A DNA stretch of 63,856 nt, the filler included, from Basidiobolus ranarum (lineage: Eukaryota): NCBI GenBank assembly GCA_040143965.1. It is 6 parts of 6 records of this genome, joined end to end, with 100 filler letters (N's around TTAATTAATTAA, not from the genome) between each part and the next. Parts side by side here need not be neighbours in the genome. Positions count along the whole stretch, not along the records: positions 10,679 to 21,250 come from JASJQH010007568.1; positions 21,351 to 31,918 come from JASJQH010007569.1; 4 more parts are not named here. One strand, 5' to 3'. Under the pieces are notes generated by a model. The model searched no databases. It had not been told where the DNA came from and saw only the letters and a list, made by a program, of their open reading frames with translations. Of the stretch, positions 11,800-25,191 are shown one piece after another (positions within the stretch are counted from its first letter, which is position 1; each line of letters starts with the position of its first letter). Position numbers and translations under genes: made by a program.

Positions 11800-14776
11800 C
11801 AAACTGAAAAGCATAAATGCAATGTAATATCAGTCACTTACCATCTCTGTTATATAATGGTGAGGATGGCTGAATACATGCATATATAATTAGCTTCATG
11901 ATTAGTAATATTAAATTAAGTGGCTAAGGTACAGCAATATTACAAGCTTAGATGCTAGAATTAACCATTCAAATATGCTTACATTGTAGCTACCTTAATT
12001 GCTTCAGAATGTCAGAATTGTTTGCTTATGAAGACAAAAAATATAGTTATTTGACTCCATATTGAGAATGAACACAGTGTTCCAACTTATTTAGAACATC
12101 TTGACTACAATTACATACCTACAAACTATATCTGGGGTGAGCTCTTTCTATTCTCTACAAAACTGTAAGTACTAAGATTCAATTCAATGGATTATAAAGT
12201 GCAAATACATTGAGCAATCATATTGTGCTCATTTTAGCTGAATGTACCCATCACAAAGCATGAGAAAAAATTCTTATAGTGTAATTTGAATCATGTAAAA
12301 ACATCTATAAGTGATTTATTGTGAGTTTCCTAATATGCTTACATACACAGTCATGTACAGAAATAACTGCATTTGAAGTGAATACTGAATGTTAGTCCTT
12401 ACCATTTATGGATGTAAAAAGCAGTATTCAAGGGTTGATTTGGGTTATTTAGAAATCATAGGTCCCATGTATCTAATTCTTGGATAATATGTAAAATCAA
12501 AAATATGTGTCTAACTGTTGCATCCTTATAACTTGTTAAGTAATCAAAGCTTTCAGCTATATGAGTTGTCAAATAGTTGGGCAAGTGGCAAAAGATAAAA
12601 TATATTACCACATCTATCTAAACTAGTTGCCAACACTTATATACTATAATTACTCTCTAATTCCTCAAGTATAGACTAACTGGGAATTATCAAGTTTCTG
12701 ACCCAATTGTTTTCTCAGCTACAGGTTAAGGAGCAGCCAGTTACATACTAGAGTGTATATACTGGCAGCTCAGGGATAGGAACCCCTTGTTGGAGTTGAG
12801 GGGATACTTGGTTTATTTCTTGGCCAGGCCTACATTTAGTGGTAATTTCTTTGAACAGTAGCCAATATTGGTTATACGTATTGATTAACAAGTCTTGTAA
12901 ATAAGTCAAATATGCTGACTAAGTATCTACTATTCTATCTATTACCGCCTTATCCTACTGTATGATTAGTTCTATTCTGCCTGGTAAACTAGTAACTATT
13001 CTTTTAGTCATTGAGCTAGATCCAATTGCCTCAGTACTACCAAGGCATCACCTATTCTATGACTCACTAGCATGTGCTTCACCAACCCAATCATGGACTA
13101 TCTCCTATAAAATTAATAATGCTTTTTCTTAATGCTGCTAACTCTCATTCCTATGAAAAGTAATATTGAAGCCAACTGAGTCATTTGATTTAGTGTATGC
13201 CAAAGTAGAGGCTACTTGGTCACTAACAACTGGGTATGTCTCAACAAAAGCAATCCCCAAATTCTCTACTCAATATATGATAATATATTCATTGTTTCAA
13301 TAGAGTTTCATTCATATGCCATATTTTTAACACCTTTACATAACATGTCTGGCTACCTATAAATCCATTTCTCTACATAATCATAGCAATACTTTACTAT
13401 TCGCTCGATATATACTAGTTCAGGTTTGCTTGCTAAGATCTCCTGCAAAGAGTGTTCCTAGGCTCTATACATAAGTGTTTCCTTGGATGTGCAAAGTAAG
13501 GACTGTCTGTCACTTTTCTCTTAGGTTTACCATGAGGTATGAGACTTTTAGCCGCTTGGCCAACTTTATCTCTATAGTCAGAACTGCATTAATAATTCTC
13601 CTATGCCCAGAAACCTGACATTCAACTGTTTTTAAGTTCCACGGCAATAAACTGGTTGAAATAATAGCCCCCTCCTATTCACCCCGCCTTCAACTTGGGC
13701 AGTTTACTCATCGGGATATCACTGCTGTATTATGTCGTAATAGAGTTTCTTCAAGCAGGTTGAGATCCAATAATTTTATAGAGTAAACTTACTCAGAGAC
13801 AAAAATTGAAATCACAATTCATTTCTGTCAACGGTAGCAGGTTTGTAAAGTATCCCCAAGTTTCTAACGTTCCGTGACATCTTGCAGCTAATCATCAATT
13901 GTTGTTGTTTAAGGCTATATCGGTACTCGAAGATGATTAAAGGATTGCAACCGATGATATATTATAGGTAAAATAACCTTTTACTAAAATGGATAGCAAA
14001 TATTATAGCCAGTGTATAGAACTATTGAAACGCTCAACTGTACTACTGCCTTTTATGATACCAATCATCTCTAAATATCATGTCTCAACTGGATAGGAGA
14101 AACAGTTACAACCCCTAACTAGATTTTTTAACGCAGATAGCTATGTGTCAATCGAGAATGGTATTACCAGAGCAGCAGTCACATATATTACTAACCAATT
14201 TGAACAAGAGTGCAGTCAACAACGTTATGACCCCGCATAAACTGCCAATATTAGCAAGTATTCGATGTAGTCGCAGATCCAACTGGCCTTGCCTATAGTA
14301 CCTTATACTGTGTAAAATTTAGAGAAGTTCCGGCGCAGCAAGCCTTTATTTTGTGTTCACCAAACTCTTTGTCTACATGCTGTCGCTACTGTAAGTGGTA
14401 TTTTACATGCATCCTCTCGAAGTAATTCCTTCGCTTTCGTCAATCGACTAGCAGGCCTTGTTGCACAGACAGTTGCTCTAACATTTGCTCTGGTGCACAG
14501 CTATTTGCTTGGGCAAAGATTGCACTTGTCGGCACCTGATATCTCTCCGTCGCAGAGCATTAGCATTATGATGGTATCCTGTGTAATGAGCGAGATCCGA
14601 ATCAAAAACGGAAATTTCTCAGTATTCGGCACAGTTGTTGCCCATATACTGCTAGACACATGCAGTCGGATTTGTATATAAACCAAAAGCTTCTGGATTC
14701 CTAATGCAGACACAAATATTCTAATAATCATATTTTGCTTGTCACTCAACTCAACTATCAAGTTTTACTAGCAACC

Positions 14777-16114
14777 ATGATTGCCCTCCGAATGGAACAA
14801 TGGACTTTACTCCAGCGAATTTATTACCCGTTGACACTAGGATGGAATGTTTTCCTACTTGTTACCACGATGTTGTTCATAGCACATCGCGCCTCCCCCA
14901 ATATTCGATATCGTGGAACTTTTCTCTCGGTGTGCATGGTTATTGCCAATTCTCTGGTGGTAACTCTTTATTTGGGGCGGGAGCCTACCTTCGACAAATT
15001 CCCCTGCTTCATTAGTTTATGGGTATCTTCCATCGGGATCCCTCTATGGCTTACATGTGTGCTGGGTCGATTCCTAAGACTTATCTACTTGTATCGGTTC
15101 AATCAGGCGCAATTAACTTCAGTGTCGACCACATTTGGCAGTGATAGTTGCGGAACGAACCTGATCCGACGCTATAGCTTTACCAGTGAAGAGAAGTTTA
15201 TCAAACCCTCAGCCATTAAATCACAAGAGGATTGGTATATCCGACACCGCGGAATCTTCACCAACAAATTCATTGCCAAACTAGTACTTGGCTGCCTAGC
15301 CCTTCAAATCATCCCAACTCTGGTGATTCAATTTTATTCACACAAATTTGCTGTATATCCACAAGTGCAGACTGGTAACTGCTTGACTGGCTGGGAATTC
15401 GGCCCCGTTTATTCCACCTCTGCCATCTATGTATTTATCTTTTGCCCAATCATGATCACTCAGTTGAATGGATTTAACGATGTTTACGGTATCAAGAGTG
15501 AGCTCATGGCTGACTTTGTCATTGGCACCATAGCATTCTTTCTCTATGCTGTATTTGCCATTTCACCCAGTCTCAAGAACGTGATCAAGGTGTTTCCAGC
15601 TGCGCATTGGAGTGTGCTTGCATTGATGATCTCACACATTTTTTCCATTGTCATCCCGACCATTCACGCGATCCGCTTCTTAAGCGAAGAACCACGCAAT
15701 GAACAGAACCCAGAATTTGAATGTGTACTAGAGGATCCGGATCAATTTGAAGTATTCCAAAAGTTCTGTGTTCGTAATTTCACTGTAGAGACGACGAAAT
15801 TTTATGAACGTTGTATCAAATTCCGTGCCAGAGCTGAAAGAATCAACCTTGATCAGAAGACGGATAAAACCTTGATATTAGATGGTGAGCTTATCACTGA
15901 GATTCAATCTATCTATGAGATGTTCATCTCCCCCAATGCCTCCTTCCCCATTCAGATTGATCGCTCCACTGCTCGTCAGATTGCCAAGGATATCTTCTCT
16001 GGGACCATAACACTGGAGATTTTTGACTTGGCTGTTTATGAAGTTCGTCATCAGATGTTAAATGTGACTTTCCCCAGTTTTAACTCCTCGAACTGTTCAC
16101 AATCCTCACAGTAG
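14777..16114 (+). CDS. Multi-pass (7TM-like) membrane protein with C-terminal RGS domain (GprK/AtRGS1-like architecture)
   Basis: Several hydrophobic helices, FNDVYGIKSEL, then RGS-like FECVLEDP...FQKFCVRNFTVETTKFYE...IYEMFISPNASFPIQID...IFDLAVYEV. Intronless, first ATG at 14777. Confidence 0.85.
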   Translation: MIALRMEQWTLLQRIYYPLTLGWNVFLLVTTMLFIAHRASPNIRYRGTFLSVCMVIANSLVVTLYLGREPTFDKFPCFISLWVSSIGIPLWLTCVLGRFLRLIYLYRFNQAQLTSVSTTFGSDSCGTNLIRRYSFTSEEKFIKPSAIKSQEDWYIRHRGIFTNKFIAKLVLGCLALQIIPTLVIQFYSHKFAVYPQVQTGNCLTGWEFGPVYSTSAIYVFIFCPIMITQLNGFNDVYGIKSELMADFVIGTIAFFLYAVFAISPSLKNVIKVFPAAHWSVLALMISHIFSIVIPTIHAIRFLSEEPRNEQNPEFECVLEDPDQFEVFQKFCVRNFTVETTKFYERCIKFRARAERINLDQKTDKTLILDGELITEIQSIYEMFISPNASFPIQIDRSTARQIAKDIFSGTITLEIFDLAVYEVRHQMLNVTFPSFNSSNCSQSSQ

Positions 16115-18277
16115 TTCACGTTGAGGGTATCCCGTAGAACATGCTAGATTTCAATGCTATATAGATCGAATGTGAGAATTCCATGAATTTATGCAGTAAG
16201 TGATACATCCAATGGTCACCCACCACTGTGATACTTTTTATTTTAACTTAGTCTCTTGAATTAATCCCTGTAGAATGGCTTCAAATTCTTTTTATTATCT
16301 CTCATCTACTTAGATGTAGCAATTACTATTTAAAAACCTCAATAAACTCTTCATGTAAACCACCTCCGAGTAGCAAATTGTATTTCTATCTTGATAGTCA
16401 CCAGATAATAATTGGCGGGGAAGGGGTGAGAGGTTTGTCGGTATTTCCGAAACCTGTGTATCGGATCTCTGATACACTTGAAACGTTGATCAAATGGCTC
16501 ACTATAGAGCGAATCCATTCGGTAAGATACTATTGGAGTAATACTAGCAATGGTGTATATCCGACAACGCTGAACCATACGATATCCAGTATGAATGAGT
16601 ACCAAGGGCTTCGTCTCAAACTCCATCAAAGCTCGATTAGCCTGCATTATTCAACAAGTTTCATATTAGATTGATTAAAGCTGCTTCAATAGTTTTCAAG
16701 CATTCTAACCAATTCAGATCAAATTGTCTCATTTCTCCACTCTCCTTTCCTCTCCTCCCCCATGACCATTTACATCTATGAAAACATATCCCAAGATTTG
16801 ACACCCGCTGCTAATTAGAATCATCACTGGATCCGGATTTTGATTACTATCTGTGCGTTTATATTATCCAGTGAATTCCTTTTAACCATGGTCTCATGTG
16901 AGGGCACTTGGATTTATCCGCACGCTTATTCGGTAGAGGCTAAGAAATAGTGCATCAGAGTCATGTATGAGAGAAATCAATGACTAGTCATTTTCAGTGG
17001 GTTTTGGATATATTTACCAGTCTTCCTGTTATCGGCGTTCCTAAGCACATGAATGAATTTCATGGAATACTACAATCCAGTAAGTAATGCGGATATATCA
17101 CCAGAAACCTCTTGAATTGCTCCACATCATTTCATAATCACTACCAAATTAACAAGAATGAAATGAGATCACTGCCAACACCATAAGGCTGAATTGGACA
17201 CATTCCTCGTTCATGATGAGTCCAATGGGGTGCATAACACAGCATAGCATAGTACAGCCTAGTCTCTAACTCTAATAGCAGTCTTCCATGATGTTGTGAT
17301 CCATACTATGTACTTTATGGATCAGGCTGAAGTGGCTAATAAATTACGTGGTTCGTCTTTTGTAGTCATGCTCTAGAATATGAGAGAAATCTCTTAGTAT
17401 CTGTCAACCCTAGTATTTTAGGGTTTTCCTTTAGGCCGCTTAGTGCTTGTTTTGAAATGTAATATATATTTCATCTGTACGAATGTTAGAGCTTAATCAT
17501 GCAAATACACCGTATAGAAATTGAACTGGGGAACAAATGTCCTTACTGATCGATGCTATGGAATCACGGATTCGTTTGGTTTGACATGAGAGGAGTTTTT
17601 TATTTGCTTAAAGGGATGGATAACTACCAGAGTATTGTGAAGACATGGGGCTTATGTAAATGAAATAAACTAATAACAACTAAACTACAGATTATTTTAA
17701 CAATTGTTCTGCGATTACTGAGGCATACGAAAATAATCTCTTGATTTCATATAGGACTCTTTCTTTGCATATTTTTGAAACACTAGTGCATGACGCTGGG
17801 AAATGTGACCCTTCATCGAAATAGTCGTAGAGCATAGGCACACTGGTGGCTTCACTGAGGCACTAGGTAATTCGGTGGCAGTAGGCGAAAAAGATCCATC
17901 GTAATACAGAATGGGGTGTGAAAGTAAGAAATAATTCAACAATATACAAAATAAAGACTATGGTAGATCAATAGGATGAGGCTATTACACACTCGGAAGA
18001 CATCAAGTAAAAATCAATAATGGCTTTGACAATGCACGACAGCCCTCTCTAGAAGTCACTAATCTATAATGTTCCCGAATTTTTGCCTATTGACCATGAA
18101 AGTTTTCAAAATACATTGAGCCGATGAACACCAAAATTATGGAAAATTCAAGAGTTTCTGTGATCTTATGTATATTGGATGAATAGAAGCAGTAGAGCAT
18201 TGCGTCCTCCTTAGAAATAAAAGCGTATGGTAGTCGCATATTTTCAAGACTCCCTAGCAGCCAGCTCTTCTGAGATA

Positions 18278-20174
18278 TTAAGCATATCTATGAAAGGCGC
18301 TGTCACTTCCCTGGGAGTTACTCGGAGAATTCGCATGTGGTGGGAGAGAAATAGGCGAAGTATGGTTGATAGGAGCCATCGTATACATTGTTTGTCCGTA
18401 TTGATTCAAGTGTGAAGCCGGTGGTAGCGCATGACTGCTAGAATTTACACTGTTATGGCTATCCACTGGATACATTGCAGGCTGTTCAAATTCCCGAAAG
18501 TTAAAGCTCTGAGAGGGGAAATAAAGGACCACTTGAGTATGAATTACAAAAATATTCTGTTACTCTGCATAATTTACCTGGTTCAAAGCAAGAGCATCAC
18601 CCATATGACCCATATTTGTTTGCTGTGTATAATCACTAGACATATGTCCCTGATAACCGCCAGCACCCCCATTGTGGCTAACAGAAGTCGAGTTGTTTGG
18701 GTCAATTGAGGGACTAACGATGCTTGGATTGCTTGAGTTTAAGTCATCACGGAGGTCCTTCGAATATGGATTTTCCTGTTTTATATCCAGACCATTACTG
18801 AACATATAAGGATGGCCTGGATATGCCATAGGTGGTGGTGTGTTTGACATATCACTCGGCTGAGATGCATCTGCATTGCTATTTCCATCGGATCTACGAG
18901 TGTTGACGTTATAAGGAACAGAGTACGGGTCAGCTAGCGAATGACGTCTCAAATATAAATGACGGCGATGAGGGCCAAAGTGTGAAGCATTAGGGTAATT
19001 GGCTTCTATTATATGAATATAAATTAGAAAACGAAGCATATCAGAATACGTGTTGATATCTCCTTACCCATCGGTCCTTGATTCGCAAAACTTGGGTCCA
19101 ATGTTTGTGGATTGATCTGTCCTGGCTCAGCAAAATGACTAGTAGCAGAAGGCATGTTGAAGCCTGCTGAAGAATTGTTCAACATACGATTATCCATGGA
19201 ATTCACATCCTGGGAATAAAAGCGAGAACGTGATATATGTGCATTGTAATGCTGAGGCGAGAGTTGATCTGAGTAACCTGGGGAATATACTGGGGTTGCG
19301 TGGCCTTCGAATTGCGGATATTGCGAAATATTCGAGGGGAAACATCCAGGATATGCTCCAAAGGTATTGTTGTTATTAGAACCAGAGTTGTTGGTGGTAT
19401 ATTTTCCAATGATTTTTCTTAGAGCACTGGGGAGTACTTTCCAGGGAAAGACTTTAACATCTTTTTCAATATTCCTAGGCTTGGGATTGGGGAAAGACAT
19501 GATGAGTTTGAAGAATTCTGTCGAATCTGATTTGCATTTTGAAACGGTGATTGGACGGAATCCCTCCAAGTTGCGTCTGATTCGATTCTTCTCTTCAACT
19601 GAAAATCGGACTGCAATTAAAGACTCGAGAAGATATATACAATCCACGCTTGTAATATAGTAATCATCTTTCTCTTCCCAATATATACATGAAACGCATA
19701 TACTATTTGGCGCTCTGTCAGTTGGTGAGACAGCATGAAAACCACAATGTATAACATTGTTTTCATGTTTTCTCCAAAACTGCACGAGTCTTCGTTTTGT
19801 ATCTTTCTCCTCGGGTGCCCTAACAAGTTTGAAAAAGATGTTAGTCTTGAAGAGTATAACATCAAAGACAGTTTCCATGTAACCTACCATCCTACAGTCA
19901 TTTCCTCAATATTTCCATTCAACTTTAATGAGACCTTATTCATGAGCGAAGCATATGCGTTACACGACATTAAAGGCATCGCTCCCACTGGTGCAGTGGA
20001 CGTAGGGTACTCTGCGGAAATAGAGGAGTTCGGCATATAGCAAGCAGAGGTGTTTTGCATTGAAACTGGCGTCAATGGTGGTGTGACCGAATGACCGGTT
20101 CCACTTTGGGGGAAAGTCGTTGGAGAATAGAGGTTTCTGAGATGGTGTGAGTGGGTTTGATGTGGAGAGAGCAT
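18278..20174 (-). CDS. medA: Medusa (MedA/Acon-3/Ren1)-family transcriptional regulator, 4 exons (20174-19888, 19819-19068, 19005-18578, 18508-18278)
   Basis: RRLVQFWR...SCIYW...YITSVDCIYLLE...FSVEEKNRIRRNLEGFRPITVSK...FFKLIMSFPNPKPRNIEKDVKVFPW core; canonical GT-AG introns join the ORFs in frame. Confidence 0.88.
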
Positions 20175-21250
20175 TAGAATGAGGGGCTATACACACAAAC
20201 AATAGAAATGAACTATGTAGTGATAAGAAACAACTAAAACTGCTCGAGTTAATACAAGGCTGGGATCAATGAGAAATGAAAGGAAAGAATCAAATAAGAT
20301 TAGTTTAACACAGAGCTCAAGCCAGATAACAAGGAATCTGAAGGTGAGCGAGAGTGACGATATGAAATCAGCAAGTGGCCGACTTTTCAAAAAGACGTTT
20401 TTGTAAGCACTCAAAGAACGTAAACCAGTAACTCAACAGGTAGGAAACAGGTAGTGTAGTTGGATAAGATCAAAGTCACACGAGATAGTGTTGGAACGAA
20501 GGTGAATGGAGACTGCTTTGTTTCTTTTAACTGTCAGAGCTCGTGCCATATTAGGCAATGTCGATTTCCATAAGAAAAAAAGAAAATCCAATGGGTATTA
20601 TCGCATGAGCATATGGATCCCGCTCTACTCAAACAATTCATTTGGGATATCTTGAGCAAGGCTAGTAGATTGTCTCAGATTTCCCTACAAGCATTGAGAA
20701 GTCCATCGTTGATTCAAATTATGTTTCTCATTCCAGTCGATTGGGATCCCATACCAGCGATCCGAAGCTACCCTGACAACAGATATTTGTATAGGTTCTA
20801 TTATTCTGGCACCTCTGCGCATACAACTCTGGCCATTCTTCCTCGCTCCACTGTTCACGCCATTTTCACGCTCTGAATGAGTTCAATACAATGAGTCACC
20901 AGATGGGGTTGAGCGAAGAATAGAATCATATGCATCTGGTTTGCCGCCATCTCAAGACCACTGATAATTCAATCATTGAGTATTCTTCCTCGTGACAACT
21001 CAAATTCCTCCTAAATCCCTCGTCTTTTGGCATAATTCAAAATCGTGTCCATATGATTCGCCGAGGTTTAGGACATTCACTTCCAAAAGCTCGCTATTGT
21101 CTTAAATCTAAAGGATCCTCCTAAAACCTGTGCCAACACCAATCCCAGCGCCAGTACTCAACTCTATACCATGGCCGCTCCTCAATCATTACGCATCGTC
21201 ATTCACGGGACCATCTCCATTCGACGAGCAGCTCGTTTAGGGGAATTCGG

Positions 21251-21350
21251 NNNNNNNNNNNNNNNNNNNNNNNNNNNNNNNNNNNNNNNNNNNNTTAATT
21301 AATTAANNNNNNNNNNNNNNNNNNNNNNNNNNNNNNNNNNNNNNNNNNNN
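21251..21350. other. Artificial contig linker
   Basis: N44-TTAATTAATTAA-N44. Confidence 0.98.
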
Positions 21351-21801
21351 ACCCATACGATGATCATGCCACCCCAATGCCCAAATGGCTGTAGGCTAAT
21401 GTGTTGAATGACTAAATATGTGTTTCCCGTGTTTCTCGTGTTCCCCATGTTGGTGTCAACAAATCCAATGCGAAATGTGCATATATGCTCTTCATCTTTT
21501 CATACAACTAGCCTGATCTCCGACCTGGTGACCAGATTCATATAGGAAGTATTTGTAGTGTGTATAGATGTCTCAATTGAATTATTTGTAATCTATTTTG
21601 CACTATTTCCACTATTTGTTTTATTGCATAAGTGAAACCATCATTTGAATCTTGCTCAATCCTTGCCCTCGACAAACCCAACTCTGCATTTATATAAGGC
21701 ACAGGTCCAGACAGCAGATCTCACTTATCCGCATTCCATACATCTACCTTTCTCTTCTACTAACAACCCTCCATCCTTCTCTTCATCTATTTACCTCAAC
21801 A

Positions 21802-22995
21802 ATGAATCAATGCGAAGAAATAACCACCATTTTTGTTATTGGTTTTCCTGAAGACATGCAAGACCGTGAATTCCAGAACATGTTCACATTTTCCGCCGGA
21901 TTCGAAGCTGCTACTTTGAAATTCCCTCAGGGGATCGAACCGGAGACTGGAGGGCGCAAGCAAATTGTAAGTTGATGTAGTAGACTCCCTTGAAGTTTAG
22001 TATTTTAATGATTTTGCTTGTAGATTGGTTTTGCGAAATTCCGATCCAGGCTTGAAGCTCTCCAAGCTCGGGATATTCTAAGTGGGAAGAAAGTCGATAA
22101 TGACCGTGGTTGCATTCTTAAAGCAGAAATGGCCAAGAAGAATCTCCTGATCAAGAAGATGTTGGGTATCGAAGGAAACTTCATCAACTCTACCATGAAT
22201 TTGACTCAGGCTCTGACCCCTAACGGAATACATGGCTCGATAAAGAAGAAATTCGGTAATGGTGTCTTTGACTCTTTCTTCCCGGGTGGGCCTATTCTAC
22301 CCACTGGTTTGCTTTCACCTCAACCGCAGATTCATGACTTGTGCGTGGATTATGAGACATCTAGCTTACTTTCCTCTTCTCCCCCCTACGATGATGAATC
22401 GTTCGATTTGAATCTGGATGAAGTCAGTGGATCTTTAACCTCAGCCGCCTCGAGAGTCGTAGGATACAATCCTAAAAGATCCATGACAGCCCCTGCGAGT
22501 TTCGATGGAGTTGGAACCTCTTTTTCATTCCCAAAGTTCTCCATTTCCACTAATTATGACCAACATAGCATGCTTTTTGGTAGCGCCAATGTCTCTCCGA
22601 CTAGTGAGTACTACCCCTTCTCCATCTCACCTAGTAGTGAGGTCGGACTATCTACTTCACTCTCGTCATCAACCTCAAGCTCCTCATTCACCACGCCACC
22701 AAACAGAATTAACTCTGGCGATCAGAATCCTCCTTGTAACACTCTGTATGTTGGAAACCTTCCAATGAACACTATGGAAGAAGAACTTCGTCAACTATTC
22801 ACTGCCCAACCTGGTTACAAGAGATTGTGCTTCCGTATGAAGCCCCATGCTGGTCCTATGTGCTTTGTGGAGTTTGATGGCATTCAATATGCCTCGCACA
22901 GCCTTCAGGAGTTACAAGGGCATCTTTTAAGTAACTCGATCAAAGGTGGAATTCGTCTAAGCTACTCCAAGAACCCTCTTGGAGTCAGAAATTAA
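21802..22995 (+). CDS. Whi3/Whi4/Scw1-like two-RRM RNA-binding protein, 2 exons (21802-21966, 22024-22995)
   Basis: N-terminal [21 protein letters not shown]...KQIIGFAKF...[11 protein letters not shown]-terminal [15 protein letters not shown]...GPMCFVEF...[16 protein letters not shown], the Whi3/Scw1 hallmark. Confidence 0.9.
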
Positions 22996-23863
22996 ATAGC
23001 AGTCAGCTCACATTCAGTATTATAGAACACAAATACTCAGCCATTCCAATTCATTCAACTTTTGGGCTTCATTATCAATCATCCGTAGAAAACATGGGCT
23101 GTAGTCATTGAAATTTTGGTCAGGAGCGCTTCTTCACCACCACGTTGATTTTAATTTTACTGCACATTTAACCGTAAATTCCAAGTGAATGTCTTAACGA
23201 TGAATCCACCTTAATCCATGTAAACAATTTTGACGCATGTACATAATCCAGTAGTTGTAGTAGTCGTCGTTTCATCGTAACCCTCTCTCTGTTTTGTATT
23301 TTGAATAAAGATCCATAATTATCAAACTATACGTCAATCATGAGTTCAATCCATGTCAGTTACTTCTCTGCTTACTTCTCTGCTTATAAAATAGACTTGA
23401 GTGAGAGTTATGGATGTGAAACTAGACTAACCAGATCTTAGGTTGATCAATTTCCAGGTTTAGTTCCACTCTATCTAAGCCTATACTGGTAAGAAGATAT
23501 CTTGCGAACATTTATTCCAGGCTTGGTCATTGGTGGCATAGAATTATTAAGTTCCATTGGTTGATGGAATGATTTATTAGATTGCTAGTATTTTCAATGC
23601 CCATGAGTCGATTAATACTCGCTGTCTCAAGTACTTTGTTACATTGTGTCAAGCCCACACAATAGCGTATAATTGATTGATCGATCAGCTCTAACAAATT
23701 AAGTTAATTGATAGTTGATTATATCGAATATGAGGTTGAAAAAAACCAACACCGAAAGACTTGGAGAAAAAAAAGCAACAAAACGGTCACATGCAAGAGA
23801 ACTCGGGAAGTTTCCTGACTTGAACTGAATTCCACACATTCCCAACCCTAGAATTTATACAAC

Positions 23864-24692
23864 ATGGTATGTACCAACGTTATTCACCTGACCATTCATG
23901 GACTTTATTTTTTTCGAACTATATGAAACAACCAAACTAATTAGTTCCATTCTTTCATAGCCTAATAATAAGAGAAAAACTTTGAAAACTGTTAAAGGAA
24001 AAGATAAGGCTCACCCTTACTCCCGTAAAGCTTTGCAAATCAACCGTATCAATTTACGTCAAGATAAACTTGATAAACGCAAGAGTGATTGGTTACATCA
24101 AGCAAACCCAACTGGTATGTCCATTCTTCCTCGAAGGTTCTAGTTATTTCCTTCAACAGTTTTATTGACTTTCACGGTGGATTTTATAGTGGAAAGATAT
24201 CTATGGTTCCGTTGGGTTTTGGATGAAGAGCAAGAAACTGCAACTCGGGAACAATTGGTTGAATTCATTGAAATGTTAGTACTATAGTTATACTCGTCAG
24301 TTTTATCGTTGAGAAACTAACTAAATCTTTGTCATAGGTATTTGTGTCGAAATGACGAGGAGTTGGCTCAATTGAAGGCCTTGCACCGCCCAGGACAACC
24401 ACGCCCTAAGGCAGCTAGAGAAGATCTTATCATGCTACTAAAAAAGAAGGAAACAGAGGAATTCAATCATGGCTTTAGTAAGCATATTTATATTTCACCA
24501 CCATTACTAGTAGAGGTATTCTAAGCAAACATTCTGTAAATCATAGTTCTTCCTGACTTGACCATTTCCAAAAACGTGAAATTCCTACGTCAATGGGACA
24601 GCGATATAAACTCCATGACCAACATCCGTACAATCAAAATCAAGAACACTCAACCTGACCAGATAGCCGACTCAAACGTTATGCAAAACTAA
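23864..24692 (+). CDS. TMA16: Translation machinery-associated protein 16, 5 exons (23864-23866, 23961-24114, 24190-24274, 24338-24477, 24547-24692)
   Basis: Manual splicing gives MPNNKRKTLK...HPYSRKALQ...YLCRNDEELAQLKALHRPGQPRPK...LPDLT...RQWDSD. Confidence 0.85.
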
Positions 24693-25191
24693 CTAGACTA
24701 AAAGCAATGTTTATCTCAGCTATTCTAAATACTTGTTAATATAAACCAGATGTTTGAAGAACCCTGATAATTAATTAGAAAATATTAAATGACATTGAAT
24801 GTTTAAGCATAATTGAAATTCTCTACTTTAGAAGTGGCTTTATTTCCGCAGTGGAAATAGATGACAAGTCAAGATTCTACGTGATAATCATAAACCTTAC
24901 CCCAGTCTCTTCCAATTAAATCTCCAGTTAAATGAATAAAATTATCCAAAATCATAGAGAATTTCTCCAACTTTGCGTGAGAAATCATCGTGTTTTGTAG
25001 GAATTCATTCTCCACAAAGATAAATATCCTATTTGGAGGATTGATATTAAAATTCTTTCTTTTCAGTCAAAAACCCCAAAAATTATTCTTCACCCTGTTT
25101 TTGAGGCTTTGAAATTCAAATTTTTACTTGAAAGCTTCACAATTTCGTAACCACTCTATTCTGCACTTTCACCACTACTCACTGATTAATA

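Noticed and set aside
16378-16674. GGEGVRGLS resembling the patatin DGGGVRG motif
   Set aside because: No GxSxG or DGG motif follows and the ORF starts at TTG; at most an unrecognisable relic.
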